This document shows positions 1-10,178 of a DNA stretch of 64,000 nucleotides, piece after piece (position 1 is the stretch's first letter; the number at the start of each line of letters is the position of its first letter). Source of the stretch: an uncultured Candidatus Saccharibacteria bacterium (GTDB lineage: Bacteria > Patescibacteriota > Minisyncoccia > Phycocordibacterales > UBA5272); the NCBI GenBank assembly GCA_964544935.1, contig CAZJDZ010000003.1:24568-88567 (forward strand), written 5' to 3'. The notes beneath the pieces are model-generated. The model did no database searches. It was not told the DNA's origin and worked only from the letters and a program-made list of their open reading frames with translations. The position numbers and the translations under genes are program-made.

Positions 1-5
1 TTACA

Positions 6-260
6 GTGGTACCAGATACAACAACCGCAACAACAATTGTCGCCACCACGACCGTTTCAAAAGGAGGATGCTATGTAGGAGGGTGTTCTTCAGAAACATG
101 TTCTGATAAACAAGATATGATGTCTAATTGTATGTATCGTCCAGAATTTGCTTGCTACAAGACAGCAGTATGCGAACGTCAGGCAACAGGTAAGTGTGGA
201 TGGACAGATACCCCAGCACTTCAGGTGTGTGTGCGAGATGCAGGAGCTGTTGATAGATAA
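6..260 (+). CDS. C-terminal fragment of a Cys-rich, Thr-rich (probably secreted) protein; the 5' end lies outside the window
   Basis: The ORF runs from the window edge. It has a Thr/Ala-rich low-complexity stretch followed by about 10 Cys. No recognisable family motif. Confidence 0.3.
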   Translation: MVPDTTTATTIVATTTVSKGGCYVGGCSSETCSDKQDMMSNCMYRPEFACYKTAVCERQATGKCGWTDTPALQVCVRDAGAVDR

Positions 261-268
261 ATATACAC

Positions 269-838
269 ATGATACAAAGTATTAAAGATGCATATCTTCT
301 TGTATACAAAAAGTTTTCTGAGAAACAAAATCTCTTAGGAGTTTTTATTATTTGTTTTGGGTTGATTATAACCGGAGTAAATGGTTTTCTCTATTATTCT
401 ATGCGAACAAATAACTTCTCTAAAAATATTCCAAGCGATGATCCTCAAGTCGCTCCACAAGTTATCGATGAACGTACAGTAACAATTGCAACCACAACAA
501 AGACTGGCCATGCTATAAGTGTAACTTTTTTACCATGCGGTTTAGGTGCAGATGTTACAGATAAGATAGGGGTATGTTTTGGCTCAGGAAGAAGTAGTCC
601 ATTTACTGAGGAAGGGATAACCGTTTGGAATCTCATTTCAGAAGAGAAAAAAGTAAGCTTTGGTGTTGTGGATACGAATAATGAATATCAGCCATACAGA
701 ATTGTTGTTGATTTTGGAAGCCATACACCAACTTCGGTTGAGTTTGAATATATAAGAAAAGCGATACCAATGCTCTTTATAGACTATATAATATATGAAG
801 ATCCTTGTTGGGGAATCTTTGAAAATTGCCGAGAATAA
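269..838 (+). CDS. hypothetical membrane-anchored protein
   Basis: 189-aa ORF with an N-terminal hydrophobic helix (LLGVFIICFGLIITGV). No known motif recognised. Confidence 0.4.
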   Translation: MIQSIKDAYLLVYKKFSEKQNLLGVFIICFGLIITGVNGFLYYSMRTNNFSKNIPSDDPQVAPQVIDERTVTIATTTKTGHAISVTFLPCGLGADVTDKIGVCFGSGRSSPFTEEGITVWNLISEEKKVSFGVVDTNNEYQPYRIVVDFGSHTPTSVEFEYIRKAIPMLFIDYIIYEDPCWGIFENCRE

Positions 839-877
839 TCTCGTAAACAGAAGAGGTGTATCATTTTTCTAGAGTGG

Positions 878-1252
878 GTGTATACTCGTAATTATATGAA
901 CGAAACATCACCAACAATATCTTTAGAGACAGGAAATAATACTTTTTTTGCAAAAACAAAAGAATTGCAAGATTTATGTGGAGGGCTTACTGATCAAATG
1001 AGTCTTGATGATAAAATTTCTTTTATACGAAATGCTCAAGAGAAAGCAAGGGAGGCTAATAACTACAGAGCGGAGCAAGCCGCAGCAAAAATTCTTGCTT
1101 ACCTTGAAAAAACTGCTGAATATGAACATGAGCTAGAGACAAGAGAAGAAGAACTTGCAAGGTATCTAACTCAAGATATGCTTAACATTCTTACAGAACA
1201 TCAACCAAATAGAACAGCCGTTGATTTTGATCAAAAATATGCTGTAGTGTAA
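878..1252 (+). CDS. hypothetical protein
   Basis: 124-aa ORF with a charged coiled-coil-like C-terminal half. No family assignment. Confidence 0.35.
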   Translation: MYTRNYMNETSPTISLETGNNTFFAKTKELQDLCGGLTDQMSLDDKISFIRNAQEKAREANNYRAEQAAAKILAYLEKTAEYEHELETREEELARYLTQDMLNILTEHQPNRTAVDFDQKYAVV

Positions 1253-1261
1253 AAGTTATAT

Positions 1262-2359
1262 ATGAATACTAGTAGCTCTTTTGAAAATTTTGATTTTGAT
1301 TCGGCAACCAAATGGCATCTCGATCAGGTGCGTAAGCTTCGTGCTCCAACAGGACTTTTTACCGCGTCTGCAAGTGATGTAACTACAGGATATAACAAGG
1401 CATGGCTTCGTGATATTTATTTCATGACGCTTGGGTTTAAATATGCAGGTGAAATGGATGTGGTAAAAGACGCAGCTAAGGCACTGCTCCAAATTCTTGC
1501 TAAACATAAAGAGAAAATTATGTGGGCGGTGAACAATAGACCACAAGAGACGTGGCAGTATATTCATGCACGCTACAATCCAGAGACGTTTGAAGAATAT
1601 TGGGAAGAGTGGGGGAATAAACAAAACGACGCAGTAGGGGAAGTGCTCTACCTCATTGCAGACTGTGAAACATCAGGACACACAGTGGTGGAGACAGACG
1701 AAGAGCGTGACCTTGTACAGCTTCTTGTTAATTATCTTAATGCTATTGAGTATTGGCATGATGCGGATTCTGGTATCTGGGAAGAAAATCAAGAAGTGAG
1801 AGCATCATCTATTGGGTCTGTGGTACGAGCGCTTATGACAGCATCTCAGCTCCCGTATGTGACTATTTCAGAAGGGATGATAGAGAAGGGTCGCGAAGCA
1901 CTCCGAGCTCTTCTTCCGCGTGAGACTACTACACGTTTCTGTGATCTTGCGCTCCTTACACTTATCTTCCCATTTGAGGTAACTACTGAAGAAGAAACAA
2001 AAACTATTCTTTCAAATGTCGAGTACTTCCTTACTCGTGATATGGGTGTTATTAGATATCGTAACGATCGTTACTACAACAAGAATGAAGTAGATGGATA
2101 CAGCGAAGAAGCTGAGTGGTCTATGGGTCTTGCGTGGCTTGCAATTATTTATGCACAACGAGGAGATCTTGAAAAGGCAACACACTATTTTTGGAAAGCG
2201 GATGCGACCATTAACAAAGATGGACTCATCCCAGAACTCTGGTATTCTCACACACAAAAACCAAATGAAAATATCCCTCTTGGTTGGGCAGAGAGTATGT
2301 TTGTTGTAGCACTTATAACAGTTCGTGAGTTATTACAAAAAAACAAAAAAACTCTGTAA
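1262..2359 (+). CDS. glycoside hydrolase family 15-like (glucoamylase/trehalase-type alpha/alpha barrel) protein
   Basis: Contains the GH15-like motif YNKAWLRD (Y..W.RD) and an IWEENQE acid-residue motif resembling the catalytic LWEE of glucoamylases. At 365 aa it is the size of a catalytic domain alone. Confidence 0.5.
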   Translation: MNTSSSFENFDFDSATKWHLDQVRKLRAPTGLFTASASDVTTGYNKAWLRDIYFMTLGFKYAGEMDVVKDAAKALLQILAKHKEKIMWAVNNRPQETWQYIHARYNPETFEEYWEEWGNKQNDAVGEVLYLIADCETSGHTVVETDEERDLVQLLVNYLNAIEYWHDADSGIWEENQEVRASSIGSVVRALMTASQLPYVTISEGMIEKGREALRALLPRETTTRFCDLALLTLIFPFEVTTEEETKTILSNVEYFLTRDMGVIRYRNDRYYNKNEVDGYSEEAEWSMGLAWLAIIYAQRGDLEKATHYFWKADATINKDGLIPELWYSHTQKPNENIPLGWAESMFVVALITVRELLQKNKKTL

Positions 2360-2397
2360 GGTTTTGTTATTGGTGTGAATTTTGAGTACCTCTACAT

Positions 2398-3885
2398 ATG
2401 AAATATCACAAGACACGCCACAAGAAAATATATTGGTTACTTTTTACTGTACTTGTACTTGTCGGTGTTTGGAATGTTTGGAAACCTCTTCCTGAAGAAA
2501 TTAATAAAGCCTATAACTGGCATAATATTAGTGGGGGTTCGATAGCATTTCTCGCGGATACAACATATATTGATTCGTCTAAAATAAGAGTAAGTGATCA
2601 ACATATTTTTGATGAAGTATTTTCAATGATACAGAATGCCCAGTCATATATTTTTATTGATATGTTTTTGTGGAATGATTTTGGTGCACGTTCTGGAAAT
2701 GTTCATAGACCGCTTTCTTCCCAGCTTACACAGGCACTCATTGCAAAGAAAAAAGAAAATCCTACAATGGTAATCCAGGTAGTAAGTGATCCAATCAATA
2801 GTGTCTACGATGGACAAGGCTCACAAGTATTTTCTCAAATGAAGGACGCAGGGATACAAGTAACGATGACCAATCTACCTGCTTTGCGTGATAGTAACCC
2901 AGTGGTTTCGTCATTATGGAGAGTCTTTGTATATCCACTTGATACACTTCACAAAAAAGTATTTGGAAAACCATATACTGTACGACTGTTTCCTAATCTT
3001 GTTGATGCAGGAGGTGAAAAAGTAACATTAAGATCACATCTCACACTTCTTAACTTTAAAGCCAATCACCGTAAACTTGTTGTTGCGGATGAGATGGTGG
3101 ATGGAATTCCAACACTTACATCACTTGTAACTTCTGCCAATCCTCACGATGGATCAAGTGCTCACAGCAATGTCGCTCTTAAAGTTCGTGGTCCTTTGGC
3201 GCTTGATCTTCTTACCAGTGAAGCACGGATTATTGCTATAGCAGGAGGAGTGTTTGCATCCCCGACAGTTTTACCACCTATACAAAAAGATGGAGAAATA
3301 CATGCGAGGGTTGTAACAGATAGAGCAATACTTGATGCTGCTGTTCAAATGATACAGTCTACAGAGAAAGGTGATACTATCGACCTGCTCATGTTTTATC
3401 TTGCTGAAAGAAATATTATTAAGGAACTTGTGGATGCTTCTCTTCGTGGGGTTGCTGTACGAATTATTTTGGACCCTAACAAAGATGCATTTGGAAGAGA
3501 AAAAAATGGGATTCCAAATCGTGAAGTTGCAGATACTTTGGTAAAGAAAAGTACGGGCACTATTTCTGTTCGTTGGTGTGATACGCACGGAGAGCAGTGT
3601 CACGGTAAGACGCTTGTTGTGCATACCAAAGATGGATATCACATGATGCTCGGATCTGCGAATTTTACTAGGAGAAATATTGGTGGATATAATCTTGAAA
3701 CAAATGTGGCAGTTCGTTCCAAGGATACATATCAGTCATGGAACGATGCCTCATCATATTTTGATTCATTGTGGAATAATACACAAGGAAATTTTTCTAC
3801 AGAGTATGAAGTATATAAAGATGAAAGTACTATAAAAAAAATAACTGCGTGGATAATGGAAAATATTGGTCTTGGTACTTTTTAG
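2398..3885 (+). CDS. phospholipase D / cardiolipin synthase family protein (two HKD motifs), N-terminally membrane-anchored
   Basis: First HKD motif NHRKLVVAD. Second HKD motif HGKTLVVHT...GSANFTRRN. N-terminal TM helix (IYWLLFTVLVLVGVW). Confidence 0.7.
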   Translation: MKYHKTRHKKIYWLLFTVLVLVGVWNVWKPLPEEINKAYNWHNISGGSIAFLADTTYIDSSKIRVSDQHIFDEVFSMIQNAQSYIFIDMFLWNDFGARSGNVHRPLSSQLTQALIAKKKENPTMVIQVVSDPINSVYDGQGSQVFSQMKDAGIQVTMTNLPALRDSNPVVSSLWRVFVYPLDTLHKKVFGKPYTVRLFPNLVDAGGEKVTLRSHLTLLNFKANHRKLVVADEMVDGIPTLTSLVTSANPHDGSSAHSNVALKVRGPLALDLLTSEARIIAIAGGVFASPTVLPPIQKDGEIHARVVTDRAILDAAVQMIQSTEKGDTIDLLMFYLAERNIIKELVDASLRGVAVRIILDPNKDAFGREKNGIPNREVADTLVKKSTGTISVRWCDTHGEQCHGKTLVVHTKDGYHMMLGSANFTRRNIGGYNLETNVAVRSKDTYQSWNDASSYFDSLWNNTQGNFSTEYEVYKDESTIKKITAWIMENIGLGTF

Positions 3886-3962
3886 AAAAAGTATAAGCTA
3901 AAGTAGAGGCGTGTATTTTTTATCCAGAGAGAAAATAATAATTCCTTGATATACTAGATCAA

Positions 3963-4616
3963 ATGAGAGAAAAGGTTAAGACGGCAGTAAAAACTGTTTC
4001 AAAATTACGATACTACGCCTCACTCCTTGAGGCAATTCTCCTTTTTATTGTGAGTGTTTTTGTGACACATTTTGCTAGTAAATATGCAAACATTCGTGCA
4101 AGTAATTATGTTGAAGATATTATTTTAAGTAACACTCCTGTTTTTGATTTTGAATTCCTTTTTGTACAAGGGGCAATCATGCTTTCGCTTTTTGTTGTTG
4201 TGTTATGTTTTCGTTTTAGAAATACTGCTCCGTTTCTTGTAAAAACAGTATCATTCTTTATTATTATTCGTGCTATGTTCGTATCGCTTACGCACACTGG
4301 ACCGTATCCTTTTAAGCTTGAGCTTGAGAGTGGTCTTCTTGATTTTATTACAAGTGGAAATGATCTCTTCTTTTCTGGTCATACCGGATTACCATTTCTT
4401 ATAGCACTTATTTTTTGGGAGCACCCATATATACGAGCTATATTTCTTTTCGCCTCAGTTGTTTTTGGTATCATTGTACTGTTGTCTCATCTTCATTATT
4501 CGATCGATGTATTTGCAGCATTCTTCATCACGTATACTATCTATCATATTGCAATCAAGATGTTCCATAAGGACTATGAATTTTTTTCACTTGATGAAGT
4601 TATCAAGAAAAAGTAG
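3963..4616 (+). CDS. polytopic membrane protein, PAP2-like (phosphatidic acid phosphatase superfamily) candidate
   Basis: Several TM helices. FSGHTGLPF and SHLHYSIDV resemble the PSGH and SRxxxxxHxxxD blocks of PAP2 enzymes. Confidence 0.4.
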   Translation: MREKVKTAVKTVSKLRYYASLLEAILLFIVSVFVTHFASKYANIRASNYVEDIILSNTPVFDFEFLFVQGAIMLSLFVVVLCFRFRNTAPFLVKTVSFFIIIRAMFVSLTHTGPYPFKLELESGLLDFITSGNDLFFSGHTGLPFLIALIFWEHPYIRAIFLFASVVFGIIVLLSHLHYSIDVFAAFFITYTIYHIAIKMFHKDYEFFSLDEVIKKK

Positions 4617-4650
4617 TAGGTAGCTTTTTTCTGGTATATACTTTGAGGTA

Positions 4651-5055
4651 ATGACTAACCTTAATTTGCTCCCACGTATTCACATTGATAATCAACCGAA
4701 CCTTGTCAAAGAAGGGGTTTTTATTTTTGATGATGAAGTATGGAGTACACAGAAGAGAATTGCTCGTATTTATGGAAGAAGCATTCCAACAATTAACGAC
4801 CATCTCAAAAAAATCTACAAAGAAAAAGAATTACTTAAAGCAACATCTGAACGAGAACTTATGGTGACACAAAAAGAGGGTAAGAAAAAGGTTGCTAGAA
4901 AGATTTATGTTTATAACACTGACGTAGTTATTGCACTCGGATTTCGTGTTAAAGGGGAGTGGGGTAAGGAGTTTCGCGTCTGGGCACGACAAGTTGTTCG
5001 TGAAAGTTATGACCCAAGAGAGCAGGTGAAACATCTTGTTAAACAAGAACGTTAA
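4651..5055 (+). CDS. RhuM-family protein (virulence/DNA-binding RhuM-like domain)
   Basis: VVIALGFRVKGEWGKEFRVWARQ matches the conserved RhuM block (...GYRVNS.RGTQFR.WAT...). Confidence 0.55.
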   Translation: MTNLNLLPRIHIDNQPNLVKEGVFIFDDEVWSTQKRIARIYGRSIPTINDHLKKIYKEKELLKATSERELMVTQKEGKKKVARKIYVYNTDVVIALGFRVKGEWGKEFRVWARQVVRESYDPREQVKHLVKQER

Positions 5056-5129
5056 ATGTGTATAAGGGTACACAGTAAAAGAAGAATCTTCTTGAAACTA
5101 AGAGTGTAGAACAAGATACACAAAGAATG

Positions 5130-6728
5130 TTACTCACCCCTAGTGGCTGTTCTTTTGAGATGTTGCCGTAAGTATTCAGTAGTAGACCCAATTTTTTTAC
5201 CAGGATTAAGAATCATTAACGGATCCCACAATTCTTTTATTTTTTTAAAAAGAGTGAGCGTTGCATCACTGTAGACATATCCAATAAATGGTGCTCGAGC
5301 AAGTCCTTCGCCGCCTGTTGCACTTATCCCCCCATCATAATCTTTAATGATAGAAAAAAGTTTTTTTGCGTAGAGAAAAATATCTTCTTCATATGTTTTT
5401 GCTTGAGGGTCAAAAAGCATAGTTACCCCAACATGCCCGCTCCCAATGTTGCCAGTAAGGGTATACATCTTTCCAAGAGAATTAAGATATTTTTGTGTAT
5501 CCTGTAAGAATGTAGGAAGCTGATGTAGTGTCACAATCATCCCGTTACCTACAGAAATAGGAAGCAGTGTGTCGTGTGTATACATAGAAAACAGTGAAAG
5601 AAGAAACTCGCTATCAATAATTCTTTCAAGTGTTTTTCGAGAATCAATTGTCTGAAGAAAATGTTCATCTAGTGGAAGTGCGTTTCTAAAAGTTCGCACA
5701 GTGTGGTGAAGTTTTTCTTTGTCTTGTGCCATATGTGTTACAAGTAGTGTGTAAGGAACTTCTGGAAACAGGGGAACAACACCTTTGTAATACCGTTCAG
5801 CAAGTTCCATAAATGTTCCATCGTACATGAAGATATGCTCACTCTTGTGGTGTTTTGCAATTTCAATGTACGAAGGTAAAAGTTCTCTTCTTGTAACAGG
5901 GATACAGGTTGTAATGATGTGTGGTTTGTGAGGACTGATACGAAATGTTATTGATGTAAGTATTGCAAATGTTCCTTCAGACCCAGTGAGTTGATCAATA
6001 AGTTGTCGCGGTCCAATAGAAGTATTCCAAAGGTTGTACCCACTACCATCATCAAAAGAAATCGGTTTAGAAGCACGTAAAAGAGGGGATTCTTTTGTAA
6101 GAAGTGGAAAAACCGTTTGATAAATACCAAGGAGTCTTCCGCTCGGAGTGATACCATCTGCAATGGTATGCTCTTCTCCATTATCCACAACAACAGTTAA
6201 CCCTTCGATCCATTCACGAATAGTTCCGTGAGAAAAAGATCCAGTTGAAGAACTTTTTGTTGCAATCACCGCACCAACAGTCGCTCCTTTGTCTACACCA
6301 AGTAGTAATGGAATATCAAAATGCCAGTTGTGCAACTTTTCTAAAAGTTCACCAACTGTTGTTCCAGCATCTACAGTAACAGTATTTTCCATCATGTTGA
6401 CGTTACGGATTTTACTAAAATATCTACTCATTTCAAGAACGATACCCTCGCTCAGAGCACCTCCGTTTCTTCCAGAGCCTGATCCTCGTACAGTGATAGG
6501 CATTCTATATTCTCGAGCAAAACTAAGGACATGTTTGATGTCAGTGGCATTTTTAGGGTAAATAACTGCTTGGGGTGAAATTATATAGGGCGATCCATCA
6601 TCGCTGTACTTCGAAAGAGTCGTCGAAGAACAGTCAATTTCTCCTGCAATAATTTTTGCAAGATCGGTAAAAAGAGGGGGAACACGAGTAATAAAATCAG
6701 ATGCCATGCTCATAAAGACTTTTTCCAT
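5130..6728 (-). CDS. FAD-binding oxidoreductase (FAD-linked oxidase, GlcD/D-lactate dehydrogenase-like)
   Basis: PCMH-type FAD-binding block PITVRGSGSGRNGGALSEGIVLEM. 532 aa with a C-terminal FAD-oxidase-like domain. Confidence 0.65.
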   Translation of the reverse strand: MEKVFMSMASDFITRVPPLFTDLAKIIAGEIDCSSTTLSKYSDDGSPYIISPQAVIYPKNATDIKHVLSFAREYRMPITVRGSGSGRNGGALSEGIVLEMSRYFSKIRNVNMMENTVTVDAGTTVGELLEKLHNWHFDIPLLLGVDKGATVGAVIATKSSSTGSFSHGTIREWIEGLTVVVDNGEEHTIADGITPSGRLLGIYQTVFPLLTKESPLLRASKPISFDDGSGYNLWNTSIGPRQLIDQLTGSEGTFAILTSITFRISPHKPHIITTCIPVTRRELLPSYIEIAKHHKSEHIFMYDGTFMELAERYYKGVVPLFPEVPYTLLVTHMAQDKEKLHHTVRTFRNALPLDEHFLQTIDSRKTLERIIDSEFLLSLFSMYTHDTLLPISVGNGMIVTLHQLPTFLQDTQKYLNSLGKMYTLTGNIGSGHVGVTMLFDPQAKTYEEDIFLYAKKLFSIIKDYDGGISATGGEGLARAPFIGYVYSDATLTLFKKIKELWDPLMILNPGKKIGSTTEYLRQHLKRTATRGE

Positions 6729-7043
6729 TTTGATGAATAAGGAACATTATTATGAAAAATGCAATAAGAACAGCAATAATAAGAAGTGTATGTCTTAGGT
6801 AAGGGTATATATTTTTCTTGTGATGTGCTTGAAATGTAGAGGAATGAGAGGTGTCCCATGTGGTACCGGTGCCACTTGAAATATTTTTAGGTAACTCTTC
6901 TGCTATATGGTTTTGTTCTGGGTTCATACTGCAGATAGTATACCTTGTTTTTGTGACCCCACTTACATTTTCCTGTCCACAGATGTAGCAACCAGAATCG
7001 CGTTATACTATCTGTACATATTTATCAATAAAAATACAAAACT

Positions 7044-9095
7044 ATGAAATTATTAACTCGTTTTTTTCTTAAACTTTACCAATACACAACAATTGTCATT
7101 GCTGTCGGGGCACCGCTCTTTTTTATACCTAAAACAGGATTCAGCGGAGATATAACCTATCATATTGCGATGATGGTGCTCGTTGCTATTGCGCTCTTTT
7201 CGTACGTGTTCTTGGCACTCTCAACACGAACATGGCATAGTGTTTCTAAACTCGAATTCATAGCATATTTTGTATTTTCTCTTTCTGTTATCGGTTCAAT
7301 TATTTTTTCAAAAAATCCTCAAATTATTTTCTTTGGAGAAATGTTCAACCAAAGTTCTGGAGCAGCTCTTCTATCTCTTCCGGTTATCATGTATCTTGTG
7401 CGAGCGCTTCCTGAAACAATTCGCCATAAACTCAAGCTTGTAATGGCTGGCGTTCTTGCTGTTTCTTCATTTGTTTTTGTCACAGCACTCATGATTGGAG
7501 GGACGTTCCTTAGTTATAGTAAAACTCTCTTTTTAGGTTTTTCAAGCACTCTTTCTTTTGCTGCGTACATAGGACTCTTCTCAGTAGCTTGTTTTTTCTA
7601 TGTACGGAAAGCAAAATTAGCAAAAAAATGGAAGACATTTATCTTCATAACAGGAGTTCTTTTTATTGCGCTCCTTATTACTCTTTCTTCACAAGATAAT
7701 ATTCGTCCCAATGTTACAAGTACTCTTAGTGTTGGACAAAAAGTAATGATGCAAGAAGGTTTGTTTGGTATTGGTGCAGGTAATTTTGCACGAGCTTGGC
7801 AGCTTCATAGACCTGTTGATGTTATTGCTTCACCATATTTCGGGTATGATTTTCTACAAGGTGCAGATACAATTTCAACATTCTATGTAACAATTGGATT
7901 ATTTGGAGTTATCGGATTCCTTATGCTTGTCTTGTCTGCGCTCTATAGCACAATCGTAAGTTATCGCCAAAATAAAGAGGGACAGGAGCATTTTATTCTT
8001 GGATTTCTGGCACTCACACTTCTTTATTTTATTGTGGTATCTTGTTTCGTGCCGCTCTCATATGCAATGCTTGTTATGTGGATGGTTGTTGGAGGTCTCG
8101 GTCTTGCAAAGGCTCGTCTTACAGAGTTTCATCCAAGTAAAAAGCTTGCGTACCTCATTATACCTGTCCTCTTCTTGTTGGTAGCAAATGCCGTTATGAC
8201 AATCAATAAGACTCGAGCGTTCACTCTTTACAATGCATCTCAAACTGCAACAAGTGCTCAGGATGCGGAAGATTTTATTGTACAAGCTTCAAATATCTAT
8301 AAGTATGATGGCTTCTACCGAATGCTTATTGAGTATGCGATAACTTCCAACAGAAATATTGTTGCTACAGGAGGAGAAGATCAGGAAGCACTTAAGACTG
8401 CATATCTTACAAAAACTCAATCTGCTGTTGCGTATGGACTTGAAGCAGTAAATCTTAATCCAAATAATTATCAAAACTATGTTTCACTCGGTCGCGCTTA
8501 CGAACTAGTTATTCCTTTTGAGAAAGAAGGTGGATATGAGAATGCAAAAAAATCATATCAAGCAGCAGTATCACTATATCCGGAAAATCCATATCTATAC
8601 CTTATGCTCGCTCGACTTGATACATCTGCAGGAACAAAAGAAGGGGTTCGTGAGCACTTAACTGATGCTATTAAAAAGAAACAAAACTTTGCTGACGCTC
8701 TATACCTTATGAGTCAGCTTGAAGCTTCAGAAAGTAGAATTGATGAAGCACTTGCTTATGCAATTGAAGCGATTAAGAGTGCCCCAAATGACCCAGCAAC
8801 ATATGTACAGGCAGGACTTCTTTTCTACGGAAAGAAAGATTATCAAAACGCTGTATATGCTCTTAAGACAGGGCTCGAAAAAGATCCTAACAATGCAAAC
8901 ATTGCATACTTCTTAGCATTATCACTTCGTGATGGTGGACGTCCTGATTTTGCAAAACCTTTAGCAGATGAGCTTCTTCGTAGAAATCCTGGAAATGTTG
9001 ATCTTCAGAATTTTATAAATTCATTGGTTGAGACTAATCTTGCACCAGCAACAACAACTACAAAAACACCTGCAAAAACTCCTACAAAGAAGTAA
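7044..9095 (+). CDS. polytopic membrane protein with a C-terminal TPR-repeat domain (O-antigen ligase/Wzy-like plus TPR architecture)
   Basis: About 10 predicted TM helices in the first roughly 400 aa, then TPR-like repeats (YQNYVSLGRAYE, ATYVQAGLLFYGKKDYQNAVYALKTGLEKDPNN). Ligase assignment is by architecture only. Confidence 0.45.
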   Translation: MKLLTRFFLKLYQYTTIVIAVGAPLFFIPKTGFSGDITYHIAMMVLVAIALFSYVFLALSTRTWHSVSKLEFIAYFVFSLSVIGSIIFSKNPQIIFFGEMFNQSSGAALLSLPVIMYLVRALPETIRHKLKLVMAGVLAVSSFVFVTALMIGGTFLSYSKTLFLGFSSTLSFAAYIGLFSVACFFYVRKAKLAKKWKTFIFITGVLFIALLITLSSQDNIRPNVTSTLSVGQKVMMQEGLFGIGAGNFARAWQLHRPVDVIASPYFGYDFLQGADTISTFYVTIGLFGVIGFLMLVLSALYSTIVSYRQNKEGQEHFILGFLALTLLYFIVVSCFVPLSYAMLVMWMVVGGLGLAKARLTEFHPSKKLAYLIIPVLFLLVANAVMTINKTRAFTLYNASQTATSAQDAEDFIVQASNIYKYDGFYRMLIEYAITSNRNIVATGGEDQEALKTAYLTKTQSAVAYGLEAVNLNPNNYQNYVSLGRAYELVIPFEKEGGYENAKKSYQAAVSLYPENPYLYLMLARLDTSAGTKEGVREHLTDAIKKKQNFADALYLMSQLEASESRIDEALAYAIEAIKSAPNDPATYVQAGLLFYGKKDYQNAVYALKTGLEKDPNNANIAYFLALSLRDGGRPDFAKPLADELLRRNPGNVDLQNFINSLVETNLAPATTTTKTPAKTPTKK

Positions 9096-9144
9096 TTTGT
9101 GTGTTTCCTAAGAAAGTTTTGTAACAAAGCTTTCTTCAAATACA

Positions 9145-10161
9145 ATGACACTTTCCGAAATTGAAACTATTCTAGAAGAGCTTGCTGCACGTCATCCAAA
9201 TCTTACTGAAGCATTGCTCACTACGATGCTCACTGCTTCTGGTTGGGAAGAAAAGAATATAAAAGATGCTGTTGTGCTTTTTAAGCAAAAAGAAAGCAGT
9301 GGTGGAATGAAGAAAGTTATGTCAGTTGCTACAGATGCGACCCAAGGTTCGAACCCTGTTGTTGTACAAACTCAAGCATCTGATCTTCCTTCAGTGCCAG
9401 TTCCTCCTCCTTTAGCCCCAGCTGAGATGACCTTTTATCATCCTGATGGAACAGAAGAAGAATTGCATCCAGTTGAAGAAGTTCCTGTTATAAAAAAAGA
9501 AGAACCAAAAAAAGAAATTCTTCTTGAGAAGAAGAGTGTTGAACCTACACAGCCTCAACCAACAGAACTTCCAATAACACAAGAAACAGAAAATATTCAA
9601 GAAATAGATATTCCTCAATCTGTTGTAACAGAAGATCCTATTCTTGTACAAGAAGAAAGTAAGCAGGAGGAAGTTATTGCTCAAGTAGAAATTCCACAGG
9701 TGCCACAAAAGACTATTCTACTCGAAGCGTTGCCACAACTGACAACATCAGCATATGAGCCAGAGTCTCTCATTGTTCAAAAACCAGAAATAAAAACTCC
9801 TCCAAAACAAAATCATATCCCAGATGATTTGCCGCTTATTCCATTTGAAAGCTCTCCGCACATCTGGTCTTTTGCACGATATAAAAATGTTTTCCACGCA
9901 GATGATGCTGTTCCTGAGGAGGAAGTGAAAGCAATTGAGCAACGTAGGGTTTATATTCCGCAAGAAAAGCCAAAAGAAACAAAGGTGGAGAAACTGGTGC
10001 ATACAGAAGTTTCTGATCAGAATCAGAATGAGGAAGAAGAAATTACTGTAGAAATAACCCCAATGACACGAGAAGATGAATCTTTAGTGTTCTTGGCCGG
10101 AATCATGCTTCTTGCTATAATTTTGATACTGGGGTATATGTACAGTAACGGGCGCTTATAA
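9145..10161 (+). CDS. hypothetical Pro/Glu/Gln-rich protein with a C-terminal TM anchor
   Basis: 338-aa ORF. Low-complexity P/E/Q/V-rich middle and a C-terminal hydrophobic helix (LVFLAGIMLLAIILILGY). Confidence 0.4.
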   Translation: MTLSEIETILEELAARHPNLTEALLTTMLTASGWEEKNIKDAVVLFKQKESSGGMKKVMSVATDATQGSNPVVVQTQASDLPSVPVPPPLAPAEMTFYHPDGTEEELHPVEEVPVIKKEEPKKEILLEKKSVEPTQPQPTELPITQETENIQEIDIPQSVVTEDPILVQEESKQEEVIAQVEIPQVPQKTILLEALPQLTTSAYEPESLIVQKPEIKTPPKQNHIPDDLPLIPFESSPHIWSFARYKNVFHADDAVPEEEVKAIEQRRVYIPQEKPKETKVEKLVHTEVSDQNQNEEEEITVEITPMTREDESLVFLAGIMLLAIILILGYMYSNGRL

Positions 10162-10178
10162 ACTTAATTATATTTTTT

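Noticed and set aside
6697-6927. 76-aa ORF overlapping the 5' end of the FAD-oxidase gene
   Set aside because: It overlaps the oxidase start by 32 nt on the same strand and has no motif. It could be a real small membrane protein, but the evidence is insufficient to list it.
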